Source of the DNA: Octopus bimaculoides
Taxonomy: Eukaryota
Direction of reading: 5' to 3'
Length of the DNA: 64,000 nt
Assembly (NCBI RefSeq): GCF_001194135.2
Contig: NC_068982.1
Coordinates: 175,359,934 to 175,423,933, forward strand
In this document: piece after piece, positions 37,591 to 51,135 of the stretch
Layout: each line of letters begins with the position of its first letter
How positions within the stretch are numbered: position 1 is the stretch's first letter
Program-made: the position numbers and the translations under genes
Notes under the pieces: generated by a model
The model's database searches: none
What the model was told of the DNA's origin: nothing
The model's input: the letters and a program-made list of their open reading frames with translations, nothing else

Positions 37591-38618
37591 TAGTACTTAT
37601 ATTTGTGTCTATTTATCAAACAGTTAAGTTATATAACGAAAAAATACAACAAACAACATTGCCTTTTTTTTTTTGTTTTGATTGAAATTACAGCTTGCTG
37701 TCTAGAAACAGACACATTAGATGAGTTAGTTCTTGGTGTCTAGGAAATAGTCATAGAAGGAATGTCTTTCATTATATGTAAGTTCAATCAAAAATAATTT
37801 GGGGCTAAATAACTAAAATAGCTACAGACCAATAACAGGCCTCCTGCACAGTAACCAAATCATCATTAAACTACACTTTATAGCATGTTGAAATAATGGA
37901 AGAACACTCTGAACAATGTAGTCTATGAGTAAGATAGAGAATATAATCCCTGATATATAACAAAAAGAAAGAAGAAATTCAAAAAACAAGATGGTCACAG
38001 CTGCAAGGCTTTCATCATATGCCCTTGGTCTATAGAATCAGGCCAGCCTGGACCTAAACAATAACAAACATAAATGTTTCTACCCAATAAGGAATGAATG
38101 TATTTTACATCAGTGATTCTTAATCCTTATCTTCTTACAAGGCTATACACTAAATAATTTCACTATGTAAAAGACCAGTCATGCCAAAATGTTTAACATG
38201 TTAATGCTAGTAATCATAACAATAATTATTTTGAAACTTGGCTGTGAGGTGGGAAAATAACAACTTGTGGTTCAAATCTTTTTTTTTTCTTAAAATATGA
38301 ATGAACCAGAATCTAATTTCAGAGAAATTCAACAGCGCATCACCACTCTATACCATTAATATTGATGTGATTGTTGTTAAAATTATGGTTTTAGGATTCC
38401 TTAAGTTACAGTGGGAACAGTTAATAAAATTTATGCAGTGAAAGGCTTGATTCATTATTTTCAAACACTATAGCCATTTATATCCTATACCACAAATGTT
38501 TGATATCATATAAAACAAACACATACAAAACAACAATAAAAAATAAACATCATAAACTTAACTTAGAGCATTTGAGAAAGACAATTGAGAATCAATCTTT
38601 TTGTTGACAAACATTTAA

Positions 38619-38839
38619 CCCTTTACCATTTAAACCATCCTAAATATTCTACCTGTTTTATGATCAAACTGGTTAGATCTAGCCTCTCACACATACCTTA
38701 AAATGCCATTCTAAAAATATACAATCACATCATTGAAATCTCAAAGCTATGAGATAATGCAAGATTAATTCCAATGTCAATAAATAAGCATTACAGAGTA
38801 ATGCTTATTTATTGACAGAGTAATCTAAATGTTAAAGGG
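38619..38839. mobile_element. piggyBac-like MITE with TTAA target duplication
   Basis: TTAA at 38615-18 and 38840-43. TIRs CCCTTTACCATTTAAA / TCTAAATGTTAAAGGG (14/16 match). Confidence 0.85.
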
Positions 38840-41800
38840 TTAAACAAGGATGAAACAAAAATATGTACTTTTCAAAGTTACATGAAAACAAATAAGACAG
38901 TTTAAAATATTCTAGGGATTTGAGGGCTTAAGAGATGTGGGGATTGAGTAAAGCAGGCTTAAAATTTATAAAAATAGAAGAGAATGTTTTTGTAGGCATT
39001 TTTAACATCATTGCTACATTGATACTCATGACAGACAAAGAAAAAATTATTAAAGCTGAAGCAAGAGTAGAAATCTTCATGAAAATAATTATCTCAGAGA
39101 GAGAGAGAGAGGGAGAGGGAGAGGGAGAGAGAGAGAGAGAGAGAGTAAAAGCTATAGGGGGTTTATTACAAAAGTTAGAGGTACAAATAATAGCACTTTC
39201 ATCACTACAATTTACAGTAAAAGATAGGACTGAATGATATTGTGAAATATGAGGTCAATTTCAGTAAATATTTAAGAGATCTTTTTTCTATTTTTGTGCT
39301 TAAAAATTAATTGTTTATAATCAGATGTGATTGTTTTCCAGCAATATATAATCAGCCAATATTTTCTGCAATGGAATTTTTTGCTCCTCCTTCATTTTTT
39401 TAAAAACCATTTCAAGTGTATTTTGTAAGGTTTAGTGTTAATAGTCATTGAGTGAACTCTCACGAATTCACATATTAATGCAATAATCTACAGCACTACA
39501 GGTAAAGTTATAAACTGAACGGAATGTTTCCAAGATAACTAAAACAGTTTCTAGCAAGTTTCATTTATTGTCCTTATAAGAAGATAGGTTATTGAAGAAG
39601 AATGACTACAAAAGCAAAATAAATCATTGATACCTGGTGACAGAAGGAAAGAAAGAAAGAAAGGAATATATCAAAGAGAAACTGATCAGCTGACATCTGT
39701 TTAAAAGAAGGGAGTATAGGCATGGGAAAAAATGTCCACTGAAGCTAGTGAAGATAGAATGCTAGGAATAAGCAAAGGTTACTTTAACAGGAGCAAGAAA
39801 AAGACAAGAAAAGCAAGATGCAAGCAATATGAACAGGGGAATAATAGGTTGAAAAGGAGGTATGAAATGTCTTGTCAGCTATTTGTGAATTAGATCAAGA
39901 AATTTATATATTTATGGCTTAACCAGAGGAGGAGACAGGCAAGAAAATGGCAGGGAGATATTTATGAAGAATAGATATGATAAAATACCAACAGAATTCC
40001 TGTTGACAGAACAATAGTTATGAGGTCAGTCCTTGTTATTTATTTTTTTTTTAACTTTGTAGAGGACTAGGGATAGAATAAAAGGTTGGGGAATATACTG
40101 GAGACCCCAAAATTAGTGGCATACTTCACATGGAAAAACAGTTTTTAGAAGTTAAACATTTAGATGAAAATATAAAAACTATTGCTTACCTTCTTTTATT
40201 ATATTTGTATATAATAAAATTATGAATTACATGTTTATCAGGATACACAAGCTTTAGAATGGATTTTCTAAAGCTTTAGGTTATATTTTTAAAAAGTCAC
40301 AGTTTACCCAGATAATCCTTGAAGTGCACCTATATTGTGTGCTGTGGCACACTGTTTAAGAAGTAGCAAGTTAGGTGCATGATGACAAGAGGTGAATACT
40401 TGAAGCATTAGAATAGAAGCATGAACTAAAATGACAGGAGATCCATAAATTAACAGACTCCATAGATAACATAGAGAAATGTATTGAGAATGGTTTAACA
40501 TAAAATTATAAATAAAAATATTATTAATGTAATACTAATGGCATTACATTGTGACTTTATAATGCTGAGGTACATGTGTAACTATCGAGGTACACATGTA
40601 ACTATCCAACTCAATTTCCACTCTTCTTATATTATATATATATATAAACACACACACACACACACACACATAGACTTATACATGCATATGTAAATATGTG
40701 TGTATACATACATAAAGACATATATACAAACTCACATGTGTGTGTGTGTTACCGTCTCCTTGCCTTGAGATTGTGTTATACTTGTAAATGAGTGTAAGAA
40801 GCAATGTCATTCATTTCCATTCTTGTGAAAATATGTCTGGTGATGTGGAAATGTTAACTTACTCGGAAACAGGTGAGAGTTGACAACAAAGATAGCATCT
40901 GACCATAGAGACTCTACCTCAGCAAATATTGTTTAACTCATGGGGGTATGGAATAGTGGTTGTTAAAATGATTATATGTATGATACCTTATTTATAAGAC
41001 AATATATTAACATTTTATACTTGAAAGCCTAACAAACTTATGTGTAGATATATATTCCTAAATGACAAAAGTTTCACAAATAACAATGCATTTATATCAT
41101 TAAACACACAAAAGATACATTTTCCCTTTGGCATTTGAAATTAAGTGTCCTAACTAGATACACAGAATATCAGCAGCAGATTTGAATTTACCATCTAATA
41201 ACATGAGTGTAATACAAAATATTATAACCATGTAAACACCAACTTCTTATTGTCAGAACTTGATCCATAAATGTATATTGTTTGTTGGGGATTGTATGAT
41301 CAGTTACAAAAAGCTAATTTTGAGTTTTTCTTTTCAAGTTAGATAGATCTATTAGGTTTAACTCATCCTTTAACCTGCTCCCCAGGTTAATTTGCAAGCA
41401 ACTCTCTGCATGGTTTTGTGTGTGTATATGTGTATGCCTGCATTTGTGCATATATCGATTCATATTAGCTGTTTATGTCTGTCTTTAATTATTTAGGGGA
41501 CACAGATACTGATATAATGTCAGAACATCTCTTTTTTGAATTTCATGAATTTATTATCATCATTTTAATGTCCACTGATGCAGGTTTTCTACAGTTGGAT
41601 GAGTTTCCTGTCACAAATAAAGACCTAAATTTGATGAAACGTTTTAGTCTTCTTATATGTTCCAGATACACCAGAAGTATTATAGTGTAAGAAACTAGTA
41701 GAACACTAAAAGTAAGATAGTGTGGAAGTCCTATAAACCATTGAATCAATTACTTGATTACTTTATTATAGATAGAGCTAGTCATCTGATAGAGCTTATC

Positions 41801-41989
41801 CTTCTTCAATCACTTTTCATGAGAGGCACTTTCAGTACTACAGAGTAAACAAACAGCACAATTGTCTCAATCTTTCCCTCAAAATTTTAATGTCTGTTTT
41901 TATATGTTGGTGTGGGTTGAATGAATTTTGCAGTAGAATATGTCAGCACTTATCATCTTCCTCTTTTACTTTTGCCTATGAGTCCCAGC

Positions 41990-42500
41990 ATTTTGAGACC
42001 CAAGTTCAGTTTTTTTTTTTCTTTTCATGTGCTATAAGTAACTTTCCCTCAGAGAACGCATCACTTATCGACATTTACACCACATGTTCATATCAATGCA
42101 GTTGTCTCTCCTGCATGCGTTGTATAATACCTTTTAATGTTCAGCTACTCTCCCAGCTCATCTGTGTTCCATGAATGTCTTTTGAAGAGTTCAATCTGTT
42201 TCTTTGCAACCATTGCTCACAAGTGGGTATAAATGAAATTGGTTTTCAAGCAGAGACATGTCAACAGATACAATTACTAATACCTACAGATGTCTTCCTT
42301 TTTATTGGCTATTCAACATGCAAGCACAAGCTAAGCTTCTTGCAGGAGCAAAGAAGTGGTCTGCAACAATCTATGACTTGTGATTTCTTCATCCCTTTTT
42401 CCCACAAGTCCCAGAAGTCCTACAAAGATCATGGGCATTGACCTGCTCCTTTAACCAAGACATAAGAAATGTCTTTGTCTTCTTTCTCTCTAGATTCTCA
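41990..42500 (-). mobile_element. Decayed RTE LINE C-terminal fragment
   Basis: Minus strand QERQLH*YEHVV resembles QERRLRWYGHV. Confidence 0.5.
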
Positions 42501-43504
42501 ACATTTATTGTTCATGTTTCATTACAATAAAGTAACATCTTCATATGCTTGTTTCATAGAATCTGCTGTACCTTTATTAATTATATTGACAGCATTGTTT
42601 CAGCTGCTTAAAATGGCAGGCTGTACTTAGCTAATAGCAAAAATGTTCAGATAGATGTACTGAGATGTTTGAATGTTATGTGTTTGGATATACACATAGG
42701 CTACAAAATAGACTGTGTAGACCTTTTGGCTGATATTTAGACACATTATTAACTTGACTAAATGTGGCTGATAATAATTTTCTGAATAAAGGGTTCATAG
42801 GGATATTACTTGTTTTTGGTCTATTTTCAGCTATGTAATACAGATAAAATAATTCTCATTTCAGATACAAAGCGGGTAGCTTTATCTACAGAATGAACTG
42901 AATTTAGTACAGCTAATGCAAATTAATAATTCATTAGTTACACAATAAGCTTATAGTGGCAAACTATAGCAGCTACAGTATATATTTATAGACAGAGACT
43001 TAACTTAAGACAGCTAAATGTTTTGATAATGGTTCCAGTGGTATGCAGGTGATAAACAAAATTGACTTCTGTCCATACTAATTTGAACAATAGGGATGAC
43101 TAAGTAAGTGGTGTCAACTGTGAATGACCAGCTGCATGGTGACTAGAGGATAGAAATAATTCACTCACCATCATTAGCATGGAAGGGCTGTCAAGAATGT
43201 TTTGTGATCTAGAAGGGATGTTGATTTAAAGATTTTTCATGGATATTGCTTTGAGAAGAATAGCTCTCTATCAAGATGACTTCATCTAGACACACTACTT
43301 GTATAGTGTCATATATAGACTTCTGTGTGTATGTATATCAAATACTAACAAGAAGCCATAAACTAATAAATTGAGTAGCGCGTTTGGAAGTTTATCATGT
43401 TAAGTGCGTTAGTGATAAATCTCTCTCCTTCGTATGATGGCAGTGTAACACAGCTAATATTCCAAATAACTAAGTGAACTGAGATGTGTAAAATTAACAG
43501 TGTT

Positions 43505-43535
<31 letters not shown>

Positions 43536-44805
43536 ACACACACACACACATAAAGACAGAACAAAAGAAAAATCATTGAAAGAAGGTATGTATCCATAAT
43601 CCATAAGTTAGCCAAACATTTAACCTTAGATGAAAAAAAGAAAAACAAGATCACAAAAATATAAAACAAAATATAAAAAACCCAGTATTTTATACATGCA
43701 TGGAGCAAGGAGCTTCTTGTCAGTCAGGGTTTTACAGGATCAATGAAATATATATGCATGAATAAATGTAATTCAAAATAAACCAGTTGTTGAACTTAAT
43801 TTTCTCATAAATCATTTCCATCCCTACATGGACAAGCTTTACAATTGAACTTAATTAACTGAAAGTATTGATAGGTAGTATTAATCTGTACATTAAAATG
43901 CTCCATGTACATGTAAAGTATGACTTTCATATTTTGCTTTATATAATTTCTGTCATGATAAGAGTATTATTTAAACAGAATGAAAAACACAACCTCATTT
44001 TTGTTTGCTAACATATGCAATGCTCAAGCATGCATGGTAAGCAACATGAAATAAATATGTATGCATCGTGCATATGTGTTCCTGCATGTAAAACATACTC
44101 AATGCTTATAAAGAGCTGAAAGCTCTTTATAGGTTTTATATCTGACTATATCTTACAATGTATCAGTGACCAAAGAGGACAAATGACTGCTCAAATCTAT
44201 TTCTGAGAGGAAGGGTGGGTAAATAAGAAAGAAAAGAATATAGATGGCCACAGAGTACAATAAACCTTCAGGTGAACACATAATGTGTATTTGTTAGGGA
44301 TGTTAGAGATGATTTGCTACATGACCATTAATGTTAGTGCAGTCATCTGAAACTATAGTTTAAGATCTAGAGTTGTTCAAATACCTGTTCTTATTTGGTG
44401 ATATATAGAAACAAAAAGTGAATAAATAAATAAATAAATAAAATACTTCCCCAGTGGGAGCACCAATCATTCACCTTACCAATTAAGAAACATGATATTA
44501 GCATGTGATTCTCAAAAGAGATGAATTTGTTGGCCCCCAACTGAACTGAGAAAATCAACTCAAATGAAACTAAAATATTCCCAACTGATGTCTTTGAATT
44601 TGCTACACATGGCTCTAAGATAGCATATTAAGGGTTCCAAAATAACTGGACTATTTTCTTTACTAACTTTTCAAAGGTTTAAAAGTAAAACAAAAAAAAA
44701 CTCAAAACAAATTAAAACCATTAATTTAATAAAAGAGGAACTTATCAAATCACAGAATGTTTATTAGTTCAGCAGACTTAAGTTTCTCTTTGTTTATATA
44801 TATAC

Positions 44806-44837
<32 letters not shown>

Positions 44838-45224
44838 TTGTTTGTTTGTTTTAAGTGTGCTCTTTAGTGAGAGTGCTATTGACGTTGTTGTATAACCAAT
44901 TGTTTGCTTATATATGTCAAAACAGTTCTGAGGAAGGGGGGAAAAAAATGTATATATAACAACAACAACAAAACAGAAAAAAAAGTACTCGAAACATTAT
45001 TCCTTTAAAAGAGTGCACAAGCACATCTCCTGTATTAACTGAAAATGCACTAAAAAGGTGCAAATTGTTCCATGTAATGCAATTTCTATTGATGATATTA
45101 GGAAGAACAAGAGGATACCAGAAGCTGGCAAGCAAGCAAGCTGGCATTTAAAGTCTCTGAATCTCTGATTAAAAAGGTAATCGATTTCATTTTAATGCAT
45201 GTATGTGCATGTAGTGAGTGAGTT

Positions 45225-45300
<76 letters not shown>

Positions 45301-48300
45301 CAGATACATGCTCACACACATAGACACAGAAATATATAGTCCTTGTAAATTTACGACTCAGTCATGCCAGCACTAAGAGCAGCATAAAGATCTGGTGTGT
45401 TGTTCACTCCTTGGGCAATATTTACTGGGTTGGAAGGAGCCTATGAATGAAGACAACAAAATCTTATTTCCACACAGGAAGAAAGCACAAAAAAAATAAA
45501 CAAAACAAAAAAAAAACTCAACATAGTATCACCTCCACAAACACATATGAAATAAAAAAGTAAAAAAAAAAAAATTATCGGGGGAGGGTCTATGGCAGAA
45601 TTTGGTATAACATATTCAAACAAATATGGACAAGACGAGAGCGGCTGTGGTGAAGGGAATTGTGATATGCTCACTTAATGGTAGAGTTGTTATTTTTATA
45701 ACTATTATTAAATAAATTTTGATTTGAGGTTCATATTTATAAGAAGAAAAATAGTTTAATTACCCACTCTAGATTTGTTTTGTTTGTGAATCAAAAGGCC
45801 TATCATTGAAACCTAAACAGGAGTACAAAAACACAACCACTGCCACTATCATCATCACTGTTGTTATTGCATCAACACTGTCATCATCTTGTCACAACAA
45901 TCATTGCCATTGTCACCAAAACCATCATCATCACCATCATTGCTTTGTACCAGTTAATGCTTAACCTTGTTTTTAATTCTGTAAAACCAGAACTCTTGGT
46001 CAGACATATTTAATTCATTCATCACTTCTTTAACCACAATCTATGAAGTTCCATATAATATTGGTTGCTACCACTAATCACATTATCCATTCCCATACCA
46101 TTTTTTTTATTTGGTGCAAATGGATTCACTTAATTTCATCAGTTTGTTTCACATGTTCAAACACTTACATAATCTCATTTACTTCACATGATCAGTTTCC
46201 ATAACAAATTTATATCTTGTACCACTTCCTTCAACTATCCATATATGTGTACCAGTACTTCTCATACCTAAGCCATGATTGAACATTATTACATAATACT
46301 TATTTGCTCAGTTGTCATCAAATAACTATCCCTATATCTTCACATCTGACTTCAACTTTTCATTATTATGTCCTTATTTTGTTCTGCCAGTAATTCTTGA
46401 AACCAACATGAATTTTCTGTGTAAATCACCTGGTTTGTTCAATGTACTATGTACAATACTCTCAATAAGTATTTGGATTATATGCTTTACAAGATAGCAG
46501 GGCCTTAAGCCTCTACTGAATGCTTTGTTCAATTAGCTAAGTATGGACCATAGATTTGATCAAGCAGACCTCAAGTGAGATTGAACAACAGCAGCATCCT
46601 ACAATTCTAACATCAACTACCATATAATAAGCCTTATTAAATCCTAGTCCCACATTTCATTACAAATCCATTACTTGATGGATTTCTAACACCAGAACAG
46701 TTGTCAAAACAGTGAAGAACTTAATAAACTGTCATTTGATCTGTTCAATTTAGTAACCAAATTTCTTCTCACAAACTCTAGATTTTAAGGATATTATAGC
46801 ATATAATTTAATAAGTTGGAGCTAGTATACTGATGATATACTGAAATTTGCCTCTGTTAATATGGTGATCTTACATCAATATAATAAGGATGTTTGACTT
46901 ATGAGAGAGTTACTCCTACAGAAATGTTTTTGGCTAACTATTTTTGAAATATGTAGTAGTTTAACTTTGGTAGGGCTGATATCGACTGTAAAACAACAAG
47001 AACAAAACTAGTACCTAATATCCTACATATATTTTTCTCTTTTAACAAAAGAACAACTCACTGTTTTGGAACTGAATGGAAAACAAAAAAGACCTATCAA
47101 AAAGAAACAATAAAAATTGTAAGTTGAGAAAATAAGTAATGTTCAGAAAAATCAACCATATCTTTATTCATTTTCATCCACACTGTATTGATCAGTATGG
47201 TCTTTGATCATCTTAATGCACAATATTTGCTTTAGATTCTATTCTTTTTTTTATGTTTAAATTCTTTATGCTGAGTTTAGAACTAATGAATAAATCTTTA
47301 TTGCATTTATCAGATTTGTGCTTTTCTTGGAAACAGAAAAGTAGGTGAAAATTTTCTTGTTTTAATTGTAGTCAAAACTAATGCATTGTAGAGACACAAA
47401 CATTAAGGTTTATAGCAGAAGAAAGAAGAGATAGATTAGTTTAATTTTATGGGGTTGATGCCCTCCTTGAGATCAATAGCAAAATAAGTGAAATGAAACA
47501 ACACTGGGATTGAAAACCAGATGACAGGTTCAGCTCAAGAGGAGATTACCCTCTAGTCTATTGAGTTAAATTATTAATCAATTGCTTGTTTCTTGCTATA
47601 TAATATATGTGTGTGGATAAAGAAAAATATAGATGGATCTCTGTTGATTTTGATGATGAGTATTCCAGTTACTGAATCAAGTAAACTGCTTACTGATTAA
47701 ATTATCATCTTATGACTGAGTATGAATTAACCTTGATGTAATTCTCAGGCAGAATCTGTGTGATAAATGTGCAGGACATGACAGGCCCTTTGAATTATAG
47801 ATACAGTTCCTCTGACATGCTTCAACCATCGTAAAGGATACTTGTATATAATGTAATCAGGGATGTCATAATTATGAAGAAAACTTCTAAATCATTTGCT
47901 CATAACTCTGTGTGTGTGTATGTATGTATGTATATATATATATATATAACCAACCACATCTAGGTTTACAAAGTAGAGAAAAAGACAATATGTATATTTT
48001 CTTTTTGATGCTGAAAACACTGCAGAAGTTAATCAGGAAATTTGAGGTTTGTATATAACAATTGTTAAACAAAAAGCTTAACAAGTGTTTTACATGAAAC
48101 TAAAGGCTTCTGAGTAACTCAAACAACTATTTTCAGCTTTAGAAGTCATATGTATACACAACAACATAACCATCCAATCACTTAAAATTCTCATGGTGAA
48201 TTATATTTATTTGCTACAGTTTCTTTTTACTACTAGTACCATGCATATGATTTTTTTTTCTGTGGTAAGTAGTTTAAAGAAGTTCCAAGCAAAGTGAAGG

Positions 48301-50220
48301 TTTCAGTCTCCAGCTGGAATGATTTCACTTCACATACATTGCTAATCCCTTGGGAAAAGTACGAACATCACAATAGTTCATTTTCTTTCCTATAAACAAT
48401 AAAGTTTTGTGTCTAGTCAACAAATACCATAATAATTCTTCCACAAACTGTGCTTTATCCTTTCTAAACTGTACTAGCAAAATGTGAGTTAGTGGGTTAT
48501 GTACTACTATGATTTTCGTTACTCTCATACATTTTATAGTAAGCCTTGTTGAGCTATCAGAATCTTTAGTGTTGAACAAAATGCTTAGTGACATTTTTTT
48601 TCTGGCTCTTTATGTTCTAAGTTCAAATCCTACCAAGGATTTGCCTTTTATCCCTTAGGGGTTGGTAAACTAAAGTACTAGTCAATCACTGGGATTAATA
48701 TAATTAATTAACCCATTCTCCTAAAAAAAAAACAAAAAAAAAAACTGATGGTCTTGTGGCTAAATTAGAAACAATTATTATTTTTTATGATGTATTAACT
48801 TCAAAAATGCAACCATTTTACTATGAAGAGAAACATGAGATTCAGAGTTCTTACTGAGCCAGATTCACCAGCAGTGCAATGTGCAATGCTAGCGGACAAG
48901 TCACTCAACTCTTCTAGAAATGGATTAGAGCACTAAAATTTAAATAGGTGCTATGAGGAAGTACAACTCACAATAGCACATTATGTAAATGTCTGTTGAT
49001 GTTGCTAACTAGCAGAGCTGAGTTCAAATCCTTTCACAGGATTAACTTCTGGATAGATTTATTCTGCTAGGCTGACTTACCCTTAGATGCACTCTGTACA
49101 TGAAGATGAATACGAAGTTAAGATAGTAGTCCTTAAATGAGATATGAATACTCCAGCCTCCCAAACATCTAGTTTACTCTACGGCTTACTCACAATAACA
49201 ATGAAAATAATTTTCCATGCTAGCATGGACTGGACGGGTTTTGTTATACATCATTAATTTAATGTGACTAAACTTTGTATAATATCTCTGATAATAATAA
49301 TTGTTTCAAACATAAGCATAAAGCCTGAAAATTGTGCGAAGGTGAACAGTTACTAATATTGATCTCGGTTCTTGATGGGTACTTTTATTATACTGACCCC
49401 TAAAAAAGATGAAAGGTAAAGTTGATCTGGGTGGGATTTCAACTCAGAATGTAAAGAGCCTAGAACAATTACAGCAAGACATATTTTCCAATGATTTTCT
49501 TATTAATTATTATAACTCTGAAGACAGTTTGCAATCTAGCAACCAAGGTAACAATGCTTCTATATTACCAATTAGAAGATATAAGTGCTGCAAAATGTTA
49601 GATTCTCTTACTTCTAGATAAACTTCAACATTTACTGGCATATCAAGAATGCCCTGTCTGTCATTAATGACTGGACTGCAAAGCAGTAAATAGTTTCTTA
49701 TTAGCCAATTAAATTGAACTGTGGAAAGTAATTTGGTCCTTATCTTAGCATCAAAACATAATAGACAATATGTGTGAGTGTATGTGTATAATCAAGATTT
49801 CAACATGTAACATGGCAGACAAGGCATAAAGTTAGATGTAAATGTCTTAACTTGTTAAAGTATATATTTGATAAACTCTGGCAAGATTGTAGAGGACTAG
49901 TGCTTAATTTTATAGTGTAAAGTTGGTGAGAAATAAATCTCTTTTACTAGATAGAAAGCCACCCTAATTTCTCACAGTTAGATGAACTAATGGATGTATA
50001 ATAAAATCTTCAGCCCTAGAAACACAACAAAATGCCTTCAGTAGATTTGATCTCACAAAGTAAGAGATGGGTAGTCCTATACACCAGCTAACTTTACATC
50101 TCTTATTTTATCGTTTAGTATTCACCATGATTAAAAGATAATCATACTTTAAAATAACCTTCTTAAAAGAAAGAGAATATGCTTCAATAAATGAATCAGC
50201 ACACACTCAGAAGTAATATT

Positions 50221-50513
50221 TAGTAACCGACCAATTATTTCATAAGGATACTCCACAGGACAGCTACCAGTTCAAGTTAAAATAAAAAGCACACCAACTA
50301 AAAATCAGAAACAAAACTGCCCTAAAAAATTATAACTTAATCCTATACAGCTTCTAAAAGAGGACATGCAAACAACACAACAATAGATATTCCTAAACTA
50401 ACCACACCTCCCAACTTATTAGGAATTGAACCTAAAATAGCATAAGCAAACAAAAAATATCACTCAGGCTTAATATGAATAGAAGTAACTAAGGGATTCG
50501 CAGGAATTAAATT
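50221..50513 (-). pseudogene. cob: Nuclear mitochondrial insert (NUMT) of cytochrome b, 3' part
   Basis: In the invertebrate mitochondrial code: [38 protein letters not shown]...; frameshift near 50350; then CMGLSYNFLGQFCFWFL...LTWTGSCPVEYPYEMIGR. TGA reads as Trp. Confidence 0.95.
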
Positions 50514-50638
50514 GATGAGATATAAATCTCTTTTACTAGATAGAAGACCACCCTAATTTCTGAGAGTTAGATGAACTAATGGATGTATAATGTTGTGAGT
50601 TCAAAGCCTATAAAGACTTAACTGTATCATTATAATGT

Positions 50639-50817
50639 CATCATCATCACCATCGTTTAACGTCCGCTTTCCATGCTAGCATGGGTTGGATGATTTGATT
50701 GAGGACTGGTGAACCAGATGGCTACACCAAGCTCCAATCTGATTTGGCAGAGTTTCTACAGCTGGATGCCCTTTCTAACGCCAACCACTCCGAGAGTGTA
50801 GTGGGTGCTTTTACGTT
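50639..50817 (-). mobile_element. RTE-tail SINE family C (young copy)
   Basis: catcgtttaacgtccgctttccatgctagc...gctggatgccctttctaacgccaaccactccgagagtgtagtgggtgctttt, with CpGs intact. Confidence 0.9.
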
Positions 50818-50918
50818 CCGATAAAATAGGCATCAAGTACTGACGTTAATTTTGGTCAACTTTGTTGTATTGAACATTCAGTAGTTCCAGGGTAACAAAT
50901 CAATATATTAGGAGTCTA

Positions 50919-51135
50919 AGGTGGTGAGCTGGCAGAATTCTTAGCACGCTGGACAAAATACTTAGTGGTATTTCATCCATCCTTACATTTTGAGTTCAAA
51001 TTCCACCATGGTCAACTTTGCTTTTCATCCTTTCGGGATAAATAAAATGAGTACCAGTTGAGGACTGGGGTTGATGTAATCAACTTTCTCCCTTGCCTGA
51101 ACTTGCTGGCCTTGTGCCAAAATTTGAAACCGATA
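50919..51135 (+). mobile_element. SINE family A, near full length
   Basis: ggtggtgagctggcagaattcttagcacgc...gagttcaaattcc..ggtcaactttgcttttcatcctttcggg...ccttgtgccaaaatttgaaac. Confidence 0.9.

Noticed and set aside
45574-45678. Peptide IIGGGSMAEFG...GCGEG, superficially like a trypsin N-terminus
   Set aside because: Follows a poly-A run, has no acceptor, lacks the conserved P-W and CGG spacing, and ends in a stop.
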